The notes beneath the pieces are model-generated. The model was not told where the DNA came from and did not search any database. It saw nothing but the letters and a program-made list of their open reading frames with translations. A stretch of 32,000 nt of DNA from Candidatus Jordarchaeales archaeon (GTDB lineage Archaea > Asgardarchaeota > Jordiarchaeia > Jordiarchaeales > Freyrarchaeaceae), in the NCBI GenBank assembly GCA_038889235.1, contig JAWAHN010000001.1, positions 944,499-976,498 on the forward strand. The letters run 5' to 3'. How positions within the stretch are numbered: position 1 is the first letter of the stretch; every line of letters begins with the position of its first letter. The position numbers and the translations under genes were made by a program. This document shows positions 1 to 8,586 of the stretch, piece after piece.

Positions 1-634
1 TTTGGGAGAGGAAGAGCTTGTATTCCCGCCTTACACCGCCGCTGAGCTTAGAGACATTCTTTGGCAGAGGGCCCAGCTTGCCTTTAGGGAGGATGCTCTC
101 GACGGTCCGGGTGTCATAAACTTGTGTGCTGCTATTGCCGCCAAGGAGCATGGGGACGCTCGCCGTGCCTTGGACCTTTTGAGGGTTGCAGGGGAGATAG
201 CTGAACGTGAAGGGGCCGCAAAGGTCACAGAGGAGCACGTGAGGGCTGCTCAACGTGTCATAGAGCGCGACCACCTAACAGAGGCGTTGAGGACTTTACC
301 CATGCACTCTAAGCTCGTGCTTTACACTATTTTTGAACTGACTAGGCAGGGTAAGGGCAAGGCTAGGACGGGGGACATTTACAATTATTATTCGAGCATT
401 TGCAAGCGCTCTAACATTGAGCCTTTAACTCAGAGGAGGGTTAGTAGCCTGATAAACGAGCTCGACATGTTAGGGGTTATTGTGGCGCACCTTAAAAGCA
501 GGGGACGTCATGGTCTGTCGAAAGAGGTAAGACTTAACGTTCCAGTTGGTCAAGTCAAACAGGTCTTGGAGGAAGACCCCCTCATAAAGAGGCTTGCGTC
601 GCTGGGTGATTTATCTTCTTTTCTTCAAGCTTAG
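1..634 (+). CDS. cdc6: Orc1/Cdc6 replication initiator, C-terminal part (AAA+ lid and winged helix); 5' truncated by window edge
   Basis: Translation contains FPPYTAAELRDIL, HGDARRALDLLRVAGEIAE and winged-helix LTQRRVSSLINELDMLG. Stop overlaps the convergent DP1 stop. Confidence 0.95.
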   Translation, partial: LGEEELVFPPYTAAELRDILWQRAQLAFREDALDGPGVINLCAAIAAKEHGDARRALDLLRVAGEIAEREGAAKVTEEHVRAAQRVIERDHLTEALRTLPMHSKLVLYTIFELTRQGKGKARTGDIYNYYSSICKRSNIEPLTQRRVSSLINELDMLGVIVAHLKSRGRHGLSKEVRLNVPVGQVKQVLEEDPLIKRLASLGDLSSFLQA

Positions 635-2166
635 TCGCCTGTAAAATCTAGCTGAGTTATTTTAAAGTCCTTGAGGTTTATTATGTAGGGCTTTCCGGGC
701 GTTGGAACTAGTCCCATTGATTTCTGGTAGTTTGTTTGCTCCTGGAAGGTGCCTGCGTTTATCACGGTTACTCCCCGATATACATCTTGTCCGTTTACAT
801 GAATGTGTCCGCAGTGTAGTATGTCGGGTACTCGTTCAATTACTAGGAGGTCTAGTGGTTCGGGAGCTATAGGCGTTGATCCGTAGATTGGTGCTAAGTG
901 TCTCCCTCTGAGAAGTTCGATCATGGCTTTCTCCGGGTGGTGCTGGTCTAGGGACAATGCTGTTATCACGTCGTTTAACGAGTCTCCGTGGAAACACAGT
1001 ACCTCGACACCATGTATTTTAAAGTGTGCTGGGTCTCCAAGCATTTCAACTCCTATTTCGTAAAGCGGTTCGCCGTACTCTTTTGGTATTGCCGGCTGGG
1101 GGAGTGCTTGTCTCGTCGCGTCGTGTCCGCCTGGTATAGCTATTATCTTCACGTGGTCCGGTACGTTTTCGAGGTATTTTGCTGCCATCTTGTACTGTGA
1201 ATAAAGTTCCCTGACGACGAGTTCTTCTTCCTGATCCGGGTAGACTCCCACACCATCGACTATGTCGCCGCCAATCACCAAATATTTGACTTGTCTGGCG
1301 AGAGCTCTGCTTTTCTCGTCACCTCTCTTCCCCTGCAGCCACTCCAGGAATCTTAAGAAGGGTTTTTCCATGAATTTCTTGCTGCCAAAGTGCGTGTCCG
1401 AGATGAAAACTGCTATCACAGGGTCTGCTGCCCTCCTAGGGGTGTGGTCAAAGGGTATGTCCGGCCAAAGTACGTTGTCTGCTACGACATACGATCCGTT
1501 GCTCTTACCTTCGACACAAATCACCTGGTCTAGCATCAAGTTTCGCACTTTTTCTGCCAAACTGCTTGGAACTAGGACACTTACTGCTCCTTCATCATCC
1601 TCTAGCTCTATTACCATGGAACGGTTGCGCGTCTTTGAAATCTCTTTGACTATTCCTATTATTCTGACATCCCTGCCGCTCTTTCCAACCTCGCTAGTCT
1701 TGCACGCTCCTTTAATGTCGCCTCTTTTCAGAAGGAGGTTGCTAAGGCGCATAAACCTGTCTCTGAAATAGCTGACGAAGTCGTCTAGGGTCCCACCGGA
1801 TCCTATAATGTGTGTTGGGTCCATCAGAACTTCGAATTCTTCATCTACATCTTTGGCTGTCACTGTTGGCTCTGGCTTTAGAGTTGGCTCTGGTTTTGAA
1901 ACCGGTTGTGGTGTTGGTTCCTTATTGATTTTCTCGGCTTTGGCCGTCTTCGGCGCAGTTTCCTTACCGGTAGGCGTTATGAGTTTCTTCACGTCGTCTT
2001 CTGTTAGAACAAGTGTTCCAGTCATCTGCTTAACTCTGCTTATTACAGAAGACGCTAAGTCCGAGTTGAGCGTCAATAAAATTTTTAACGCCCCAGGTGT
2101 GATCTGCACTCCTGCCTCTAATAGTTCTTTAACTGTTTTCTTCGCAGCCTGCAATGTGCTCGTCAA
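631..2166 (-). CDS. polD1: DNA polymerase D small (proofreading exonuclease) subunit DP1
   Basis: OB-fold region followed by calcineurin-like phosphoesterase motifs SDTHFGS, GDIVDG, PGGHD (usually GNHD), HGDS, HLAP, GHIH and C-terminal GTFQEQT..Q. Adjacent to cdc6. Confidence 0.95.
   Translation of the reverse strand: MTSTLQAAKKTVKELLEAGVQITPGALKILLTLNSDLASSVISRVKQMTGTLVLTEDDVKKLITPTGKETAPKTAKAEKINKEPTPQPVSKPEPTLKPEPTVTAKDVDEEFEVLMDPTHIIGSGGTLDDFVSYFRDRFMRLSNLLLKRGDIKGACKTSEVGKSGRDVRIIGIVKEISKTRNRSMVIELEDDEGAVSVLVPSSLAEKVRNLMLDQVICVEGKSNGSYVVADNVLWPDIPFDHTPRRAADPVIAVFISDTHFGSKKFMEKPFLRFLEWLQGKRGDEKSRALARQVKYLVIGGDIVDGVGVYPDQEEELVVRELYSQYKMAAKYLENVPDHVKIIAIPGGHDATRQALPQPAIPKEYGEPLYEIGVEMLGDPAHFKIHGVEVLCFHGDSLNDVITALSLDQHHPEKAMIELLRGRHLAPIYGSTPIAPEPLDLLVIERVPDILHCGHIHVNGQDVYRGVTVINAGTFQEQTNYQKSMGLVPTPGKPYIINLKDFKITQLDFTGD
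1865..1897 (-). repeat. Two-copy 18-nt-period tandem repeat encoding KPEPT(L/V) in the Pro-rich DP1 linker
   Basis: + strand gttggctctggcttt (1865-1879) and gttggctctggtttt (1883-1897). Confidence 0.7.
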
Positions 2167-2424
2167 AGCCCCCGCCCAGCTTAACCTCCTAGATCGGCGT
2201 GCTATAAATCTTTGTATATTCCTTCCCAGAATGGGAGACTTTCATTCCAACGCAGCGTATGTACTTTGTTTATGACTTTGGTCTATTCTCCTTGTTTTTA
2301 GATGGTTTGAAAATATTGTTTGACATTTGTGGGTCGCATAAAAAATATATAATGTCTGTAAGTATGATGTTTTCGAATAGAACTATTGAATGATGTGTGG
2401 AACTCGGTAAAGGGGGTTCAGTGT

Positions 2425-3405
2425 GTGTCTAAGATAGAGATTAGGAAGCTTCAGAAAACTGGGGGAAGCACGTTTCTTTTAAGTCTTCCCAAAGATTGGA
2501 TTAAGCGCATGGGTTTAAAGCAGGGGGATCTTGTAGCAGTAATAGAAAGAGGTGATGGCTCCCTTCTTGTCGACCCACGTTACTCTGAAAGGGAAAGAGT
2601 TAAGGTGGCTGTCATTGACATAGAATCAAGCCCAGATTTCACGAGAGAAATAACTGCTAACTTTCTTTATGGTTACGACGTTATGAGGATTCGTTCGAAG
2701 AATGGAATCACACCAGAGCAAAGGGAAGCAATTAAGCGCTCGCTTCAGCAGCTTGTCGGTGTTGAGATAGTGGAGGAGAGCGCCAAAGAAATCACTTTAC
2801 AGTGCTTGCTATCTCCTTCGGCTCTTTCGTTGAAGAAGACTATAAAGAGGACTTATCTAATCGCTGCTAGAATGCAAGAGGATGCTGTCACTGCGATAAA
2901 AGACAAGGATCTCGATTTGGCTGAGAGCGTTGTAGTGAGAGACGAAGACATAGACAGACTTTACTTTCTAATGGTTAGGCAACTTCGCTCAGCGATAATG
3001 GAACCGAATTTAGCGGAAAGAATGGGAATCAGCCCAATAGAGTGCTTGGACTATCGCGTTGCAGTTAAGAGCATAGAATCCATGGCGGACTACTCTGTTA
3101 AGATAGCAGAACAAGTTCACCTTATGCTTAACGTTAATGTGTCAGACAAAGTGATTGAAAGCATTTTAAAGATAAATCGCATAGCACACGAAATGCACTC
3201 TAACGCTATAGAGGCGCTCGTTAGGAAGGATGGTGTGCTCGCTGCCAAAACCATTGCGATGAAGCCCCAACGCAACCAAGCTGTAGAAGAGGCATATAAG
3301 ATTCTTGCAGGCGAACCTGTCGAGGTTTCTATTCCCCTCAGTACAGTAATAGATATGTTAGACCGCATCTCTGAGTGCGGCGTCGACATAGCGGACTTAG
3401 CATAA
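2425..3405 (+). CDS. phoU: AbrB/MazE-type DNA-binding domain plus PhoU domains (archaeal phosphate uptake regulator family)
   Basis: N-terminal RKLQKTGGSTFLLSLPKDW, LYGYD, PhoU repeats DEDIDRLYFL and ERISECGVDIA-like DRISECGVDIA. GTG at 2425 follows purine-rich AGGGGGT (ORF track starts at 2386). Confidence 0.85.
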   Translation: MSKIEIRKLQKTGGSTFLLSLPKDWIKRMGLKQGDLVAVIERGDGSLLVDPRYSERERVKVAVIDIESSPDFTREITANFLYGYDVMRIRSKNGITPEQREAIKRSLQQLVGVEIVEESAKEITLQCLLSPSALSLKKTIKRTYLIAARMQEDAVTAIKDKDLDLAESVVVRDEDIDRLYFLMVRQLRSAIMEPNLAERMGISPIECLDYRVAVKSIESMADYSVKIAEQVHLMLNVNVSDKVIESILKINRIAHEMHSNAIEALVRKDGVLAAKTIAMKPQRNQAVEEAYKILAGEPVEVSIPLSTVIDMLDRISECGVDIADLA

Positions 3406-3458
3406 TTAACCCTTCCTTCTCAGACAAGCATTTTCACGCGAAAAAGGAGGGAAACATT

Positions 3459-4322
3459 ATGAAATCTATTGATGAAATGGCTCGTGAAATACAGTCGCGC
3501 TTTAAAATAGTTGGCAGACTGGAAGAATTGAAAAAAGCGTTAGCGGCCAAACTAGCATCACGCCACATTCTAATAGAAGGAGAAGTGGGTGTTGGAAAGA
3601 CAACTCTAGCTGATGCCATTGCCAAGTATTTCAACCAGCCTATGTACCGTGTCGATGGGGACGAGAGATACACTGAGGCCAAACTAACAGGGTGGTTTGA
3701 TCCTCCAGCAGTGATGAAATATGGGTATACAAAGGACGCCTTCATCCCAGGGCCTCTAACTCTCGCAATGCTCGAAGGAGGAATCCTCTTCATAAACGAG
3801 ATAAACAGGTTGAGTGAATCTACGCAGAACGTTCTTCTCCCTGTTATGGACGAGGGCAGACTTGGAATACCAAAAATCGGTGAGATCACAGCGAAAGACG
3901 GCTTCCTAATTATAGCAACACAGAACCCGCTCGAGCACGTCGGCGTGACAGCTCTAAGTGAAGCATTGAGAGATAGGTTCTGCTGGATACGCATTGACTA
4001 CCAAAGCGAGGAGGAAGAAAGAGAAATAGTGGCGCTTAGATCCGGCTGCTCTAACCCCGACATAATAAGGCTGGCAGTAAAGATAGTGAGAGCGACACGC
4101 ACCCACGAAGACCTCCGAAGGGGCGCATCAGTTAGAGGCGCAATCGACATGGCACGCATAATCTCGCGGTTTGACGATGGACAAATAAAATCAAAGGATC
4201 TTTGGGTCCAAGTCGCAATAATGGCTCTGGGCACACGCGTAGAGCTAGAAGACGGCTCTGGCAGAACAGTCGAGGAGGTAATAAAAGAGATAGTTGAAGA
4301 ATGCTTCGAGGATTTTCATTAA
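3459..4322 (+). CDS. MoxR-family AAA+ ATPase
   Basis: Walker A GEVGVGKT, Walker B-like ILFINEINR, IATQNP, ALRDRF, GASVRGAID. ATG 3459 follows AGGAGG. Followed by a VWA gene. Confidence 0.9.
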   Translation: MKSIDEMAREIQSRFKIVGRLEELKKALAAKLASRHILIEGEVGVGKTTLADAIAKYFNQPMYRVDGDERYTEAKLTGWFDPPAVMKYGYTKDAFIPGPLTLAMLEGGILFINEINRLSESTQNVLLPVMDEGRLGIPKIGEITAKDGFLIIATQNPLEHVGVTALSEALRDRFCWIRIDYQSEEEEREIVALRSGCSNPDIIRLAVKIVRATRTHEDLRRGASVRGAIDMARIISRFDDGQIKSKDLWVQVAIMALGTRVELEDGSGRTVEEVIKEIVEECFEDFH

Positions 4323-5392
4323 AAGAGGAGGTTAAAACCTCCGATGAACAAACGCGGGTGAACCCCTTCTCGGAATACGATCTCCTCATAGAGGAAATTT
4401 CTCTAGGCGTAGCTCCTCCATACGTATACGCTGAACTCGCAAAAAACCTCGATTACGCTTCCACAAGGAAGGCGGCAGAGCTTGCTTTAAAATACGGCAA
4501 CCTTTCCGCCATAAAGGGCCTTTCAAGAGTGAACCCTGTGGCTGTCTCTGACGCCCTCTCCTGCCCTGATGCCGCTCTCTTAATCGCTAGGCGTTTATCC
4601 CGCGGTGACGTTCAAAGTCCCGTGGAGCTTTACGCTTTATTGCGCGGGAACCTTAATCGCAAATACCGACAAATCTTCCGGAGACTAGCTAAGATCGCCA
4701 TAATCAAGACTTCACTTAGAATAAGTGGGCGCGGACTCAGAGGCCCCTTAAGGAGAAGGGTTCCTTACTATCCGGGGCTATCCGAATTCGACGACGAGCT
4801 AATGATAGAATCTTTCATCGAGAAAGGATACCTTTCATACGAGGACATAGTTGGACTGGAACCCCGATCTCTGGCAAAATCAGGCGTGTTGATCTTTGAC
4901 TCCAGTGGGAGCATGACTGAAGAAAAGCTCTTTAACGCAGCGCTTTCCACAGCGGTTCTAGCCTACAACATGCGAAATGAAGACTACGCAGTCATAGGGT
5001 TCGGTACGCGCGCCTTTACAATAAAAAGAATTGGTGAACGAAAAAGCATAGACAAAGTGGTGGAAGAAATATTGGACATAAGTTCTATAGGGTACTCGAA
5101 CATAAATGACGCTCTATCTGTCGGTTTGAAAGAACTGTCCAAAGTAAAGCACAGGGGGAGGCGGTGGGGTGTCCTAATAACCGACGGCGAATGGAATGTA
5201 GGAGGGGACCCGCTACCAATAGCAGCCAAATTCCCAACTTTACATGTCATAGCGACACCAAGCAAAGGAAAGATAGCAGAGCATGGACTAAAGACGTGCC
5301 GGGAGTTGGCTAAGGCAGGTAGAGGCCGTTTCATGGTCGTGAAAAGCTTTTCAGAGATCCCTCGCTTACTCGCAAAACTTCTTCTTTCCTAA
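4301..5392 (+). CDS. VWA (von Willebrand factor A) domain protein, likely MoxR partner; start uncertain (ATG 4301 or GTG 4358)
   Basis: MIDAS motif DSSGS, later YSNI and LITDG. Typical MoxR-VWA gene pair. Confidence 0.85.
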   Translation: MLRGFSLKEEVKTSDEQTRVNPFSEYDLLIEEISLGVAPPYVYAELAKNLDYASTRKAAELALKYGNLSAIKGLSRVNPVAVSDALSCPDAALLIARRLSRGDVQSPVELYALLRGNLNRKYRQIFRRLAKIAIIKTSLRISGRGLRGPLRRRVPYYPGLSEFDDELMIESFIEKGYLSYEDIVGLEPRSLAKSGVLIFDSSGSMTEEKLFNAALSTAVLAYNMRNEDYAVIGFGTRAFTIKRIGERKSIDKVVEEILDISSIGYSNINDALSVGLKELSKVKHRGRRWGVLITDGEWNVGGDPLPIAAKFPTLHVIATPSKGKIAEHGLKTCRELAKAGRGRFMVVKSFSEIPRLLAKLLLS

Positions 5393-6294
5393 CCTTTCTT
5401 CCACATTTCTGACGCGAACCTCCAAAACTCTTCTGCCATCGCAGCTAGCGGCCTCCTCTTATCTCTAACTAAGTACAACATGCGCTCGGCCTTCCACCCC
5501 TCCACCTCTATAATTTTGACGAGCCCCGCAGCCTCAGCTTTCCTAGCTGCTGTTTCTGACATTATTGTTATGCCAAGTCCTGCCGACACTGCATTTACCA
5601 CCGCCTCAGTGCTTCCTACTTCTAGTGAGATCTTCAACTTGCCAGGGGGAACCCTCCGCAGTGTAAGGGCCTTCTCCGCTTCAGCACGCGTACCTGAAGT
5701 CTTACTTCTGAAGACGAAAGGATATTTTAAGCAGTCTTCTAAGGTGACTTTCTCCTTCCTCACAAGCTCATGCCCAACAGGACATACGAAAACTAGTTTT
5801 TCTTTCCCTATGGGTACTACATCAAACTCGTTAGTACTTCTATCGAAAAGGCTACCCACAGCTGCTAGATCAACTTCTCCCTCAAGCAACTTCTTCAAAG
5901 CCTCACTGCTGTCCATCACTTCTATCTCAAAGCTAACCTTAGGTCTTACCTCCTTGAAGCGGGCCACCAGCCATGGAAGGATATGTTCCCCGGGAATAGT
6001 GCTTGCTGCAACCTTTATTTTCCCCTCTTTCTCCCTTGCCATCCACGTCAATTCCCTCTTAGCTTCCTCAACGATACTAAGTATCTTTTTCGCCTTCTCC
6101 AGTAAAATTTCTCCTTCCTTAGTTAACCTCACGGTCCTTTTGCTTCTATCAAAGAGAACCGCACCAAAAAACTTCTCAAGTGCCGCTATATGGTTACTTA
6201 CAGTAGCCTGCGTGACCCCTAGCTCCCTAGCAGCCCTTAAAAATCCTCCCTTCTCTACGACTTCAATAAATGTTCTAAGATATTCTATCTTCAT
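5389..6294 (-). CDS. LysR-family transcriptional regulator
   Basis: HTH F.RAARELGVTQATVSNHIAALEKFFGAVLFDR and substrate-binding domain with AASTIPGEHILP. Start set to the MKIEYLRTF ATG. Confidence 0.92.
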   Translation of the reverse strand: MKIEYLRTFIEVVEKGGFLRAARELGVTQATVSNHIAALEKFFGAVLFDRSKRTVRLTKEGEILLEKAKKILSIVEEAKRELTWMAREKEGKIKVAASTIPGEHILPWLVARFKEVRPKVSFEIEVMDSSEALKKLLEGEVDLAAVGSLFDRSTNEFDVVPIGKEKLVFVCPVGHELVRKEKVTLEDCLKYPFVFRSKTSGTRAEAEKALTLRRVPPGKLKISLEVGSTEAVVNAVSAGLGITIMSETAARKAEAAGLVKIIEVEGWKAERMLYLVRDKRRPLAAMAEEFWRFASEMWKKG

Positions 6295-6497
6295 TTTGTA
6301 CGCCCTCTCGATTCCCCAAACCATCCCTAAAAATTTTTGACCAATACGCTAAATTCAGGTAATATTTTGAATATCATAACTCTTTCTTTTTAATAATTTT
6401 TACGCAAATTTCGGAATAATCTTAACGAGCAAGAAAATCAAAAGTAAAATGATTGGAAGTATTTGGTGCGGGGGGTGGGATTTGAACCCACGAACGC

Positions 6498-6513
6498 GTG
6501 CGCCCATACTGGT
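6498..6513 (-). other. tRNA intron 3 (16 nt, variable arm)
   Basis: ACCAGTATGGGCGCAC. Helix GCGT/GCGC, bulges AG|A and AC|G, inner stem CCA/TGG. Confidence 0.8.
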
Positions 6514-6543
6514 CTACGCGATGGGCTCCTGAGGCCCACCCCT

Positions 6544-6559
6544 ATGGTCATCCACGCCT
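6544..6559 (-). other. tRNA intron 2 (16 nt, position 21/22)
   Basis: AGGCGTGGATGACCAT. Helix GGTC/GACC, bulges AA|A and AT|A. Confidence 0.75.
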
Positions 6560-6564
6560 TTGAC

Positions 6565-6582
6565 TTTGCCTGCAGGACGCAT
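6565..6582 (-). other. tRNA intron 1 (18 nt, position 18/19)
   Basis: ATGCGTCCTGCAGGCAAA. Helix AGCC/GGCA (3 of 4 paired), bulges AG|A and AA|G, inner stem TGC/GCA. Confidence 0.8.
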
Positions 6583-6620
6583 CTGGCTTGGGTACCCCCG
6601 CCCAACAATCAAAATTCCAT

Positions 6621-8024
6621 TCATTTGGGTCTATTCGTGCAAACATTTTCCACTATATACTCTGCAATCTGCTCGGCTTTTTGTTTAAGTTTTTCTGTTA
6701 TGTACCCTTTAATAAATGCTTCTTCGAGCGCGTTCTTGTCTATGATTCTTAGAGTTCCGTCAGGAAGCTGCACAACGTCAATTTCTAGGTCCACATATCT
6801 TATTTTTCCAGGGTAAATTTCTATTGGGGTGTTTATGTTGTGAAATGCGCCCTTGAACTCCCCGTTTTTAGAGTAATATTCTGTTCTGAAGAACCACTCG
6901 CCTACCCTAACTCTAGTTATGCCGTAATCTCCTTCCTCTTTCGGAACGTTCAGTCCGTCATAATATCCCCCCTCAGTGAAGCTTCTCTTTACAACTATCT
7001 CCTGATCGTCCTTGTTTTGCAGTATTTTTCCGTGAAGAAACAATACTTTACCGTCAAGTTTTATGTGCTCAAAGCGCACTTTGCTCCCGTTTTTTAAAGA
7101 ATCGCTGATAGTCATTTTTTGAAGCGTTTCTTTGATCTCACTTCGCAGCTCTGGATGCTTTGAAATAAGATTTTCAGCAAAATCGACTAGAAGTGCAACA
7201 TCGCTCCCCAGTGACTTGTAGAAGTGGTGCCCGTCTATTGTTGGCGTAACGCTCCCTCTTATTTCGTCCAGTTGTTTTTTTGCGCTTGCGGGGAACTCAG
7301 CGATAACGGTTTCGTCGCCTTCCCTAATAAGTGTCGGCTCGTCTACGTTCTCTGAAAGAGAAATTATTTTCTTCAATTCTTCCCCTATTTCTTCTACTTC
7401 TTTTGTAATAAGTGAAAGGTCCGCTTTCCCCGCCGCCGTCCTGAAGATTATGCCTACCCCAGCAGGTTTCATTTTGTTACCAATCCGGTAGAGCACATTG
7501 CGTATATCTCTATCTTTAATTTTATTGCTCACCCCTACATGTCCACTGGAAGTCAGCACCACGTACTTTCCAGCAATAGCTATCTCCCCAGTCGCCTGTG
7601 GTCGCGGATCCACTTCACATATCCTTAGAAGCTGTATTTCCCCTTCTTCTTTACAGCTCCCCTTCACAGGAAGCTTCAGACATCCTATATCAGCGATTGC
7701 TCTATCTCCACGCTTACCAATTATGCGGCCAACATAGATGGCGTTTAAGTTGACTTTAGCTTTACGGATAATGACGTCTTCTAATTCCTCTCTAATTATG
7801 TTGACGACCCTTTCCAAGGGTTTTTTCTCACCTGTTATGACCACTCCCTGCCTGTTCTTTGTGTCGAAAACTTCTACATCTGGAGGTTCCATTGTCCTCT
7901 CGATTTTCAGCCTTTCAGCCAACACCGATGAACTTTGGGTGATCGATAAGCCATGTTTTAGGAAAAGCTTAGAGAGCGCCGTAGTATAGATTCCTCTAAC
8001 TCTAACCTGAATTTTTTCTTCCAA
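6621..8024 (-). CDS. fau-1: FAU-1-like RNA-binding protein / ribonuclease (RNase E/G-like N-terminus plus DUF402 C-terminus)
   Basis: N-terminal VRVRGIYTTAL, GHHFYK, C-terminal YHNINTP-like FHNINTPIEIYP..IRYVDLEIDVV. TTG 8024 follows GAGGTG. Confidence 0.85.
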   Translation of the reverse strand: MEEKIQVRVRGIYTTALSKLFLKHGLSITQSSSVLAERLKIERTMEPPDVEVFDTKNRQGVVITGEKKPLERVVNIIREELEDVIIRKAKVNLNAIYVGRIIGKRGDRAIADIGCLKLPVKGSCKEEGEIQLLRICEVDPRPQATGEIAIAGKYVVLTSSGHVGVSNKIKDRDIRNVLYRIGNKMKPAGVGIIFRTAAGKADLSLITKEVEEIGEELKKIISLSENVDEPTLIREGDETVIAEFPASAKKQLDEIRGSVTPTIDGHHFYKSLGSDVALLVDFAENLISKHPELRSEIKETLQKMTISDSLKNGSKVRFEHIKLDGKVLFLHGKILQNKDDQEIVVKRSFTEGGYYDGLNVPKEEGDYGITRVRVGEWFFRTEYYSKNGEFKGAFHNINTPIEIYPGKIRYVDLEIDVVQLPDGTLRIIDKNALEEAFIKGYITEKLKQKAEQIAEYIVENVCTNRPK

Positions 8025-8129
8025 TGCAAAACACCTCTTATCACGTCGTCTTAAAAGAAAAGAAGGTAACACCGGGGATAATTGCTTGATTAAACCAGCT
8101 AAGGTTCTTTTCTTTTCGTTATCCTTCAC

Positions 8130-8393
8130 TTACTCATCTCTTATTGTTTCCAGAATGGACACCGCGCTCCATATCTTTGTCCTACTGTGTAGAGGGCAAT
8201 TTGGATCTTGAGACGCCTCCTCAAGTATAGATATCGCGTTTGATGCTTTAACTGCGGGCGTGTACTTAGGTTCTTTAAGTGCTTCTATTGCCTCGTTTGC
8301 TGCTCTTCTAATGTTCCTTGGAGTAGTCGTATCCTCGGATATTTGTTTCAAGATAGCTATTGCCTGATTCATTTTTTCAAGGGCGTTGCTCAA
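8130..8393 (-). CDS. UPF0147 family protein
   Basis: ISEDTTTPRNIRRAA and DPNCPLHSRTKIWSAVSILE. TTG start after AAGGGGG. Confidence 0.88.
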   Translation of the reverse strand: MSNALEKMNQAIAILKQISEDTTTPRNIRRAANEAIEALKEPKYTPAVKASNAISILEEASQDPNCPLHSRTKIWSAVSILETIRDE

Positions 8394-8586
8394 GATAAGC
8401 CCCCCTTGAAATCGATGCATGTTTTAATTCCTAGTTGGGTGTGTTTTTAAAGGCTTTTTACTCTCATATTACCGAGCCAAGCTTTTTTACCTTACGCTTT
8501 CAGATAACTGTTGAACGCTTTATCCCTAAAAACATTTATTTTCATACATCTACTTAAGGTCAATACGTAGATTAATATCTTGTTCG

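Larger units (their letters stand above)
6464..6601 (-). tRNA. tRNA-Leu(CAG) with encoded CCA and three introns (138-nt precursor, 88-nt mature)
   Basis: Acceptor GCGGGGG/CCCCCGC-A-CCA; T arm GTGGG-TTCAAAT-CCCAC; anticodon arm TGGGC-CTCAGGA-GCCCA (anticodon at 6531-6529). Removing 18+16+16 nt restores the Leu D arm CCCAAGCCAGGTCAAAGGGG and variable arm CGC-GTAG-GCG. Confidence 0.93.

Noticed and set aside
2224-2420. Replication origin (ORB-like TCCCAGAATGGGA and GTGGAACTCGGTAAAGGGGGT) next to DP1
   Set aside because: Spacing does not fit the ORB consensus, the elements are not repeated, and the G-run is explained as the phoU SD. An origin might lie upstream of cdc6, outside the window.
5389-6294. 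Selenium-metabolism link from the LysR subfamily resemblance (ASTIPGE)
   Set aside because: No Sec machinery, in-frame UGA or SECIS is visible in the window, and the subfamily cannot be confirmed without an HMM search.
6463-6816. 117-aa + strand ORF
   Set aside because: It is the antisense of the tRNA and the fau-1 3' end.
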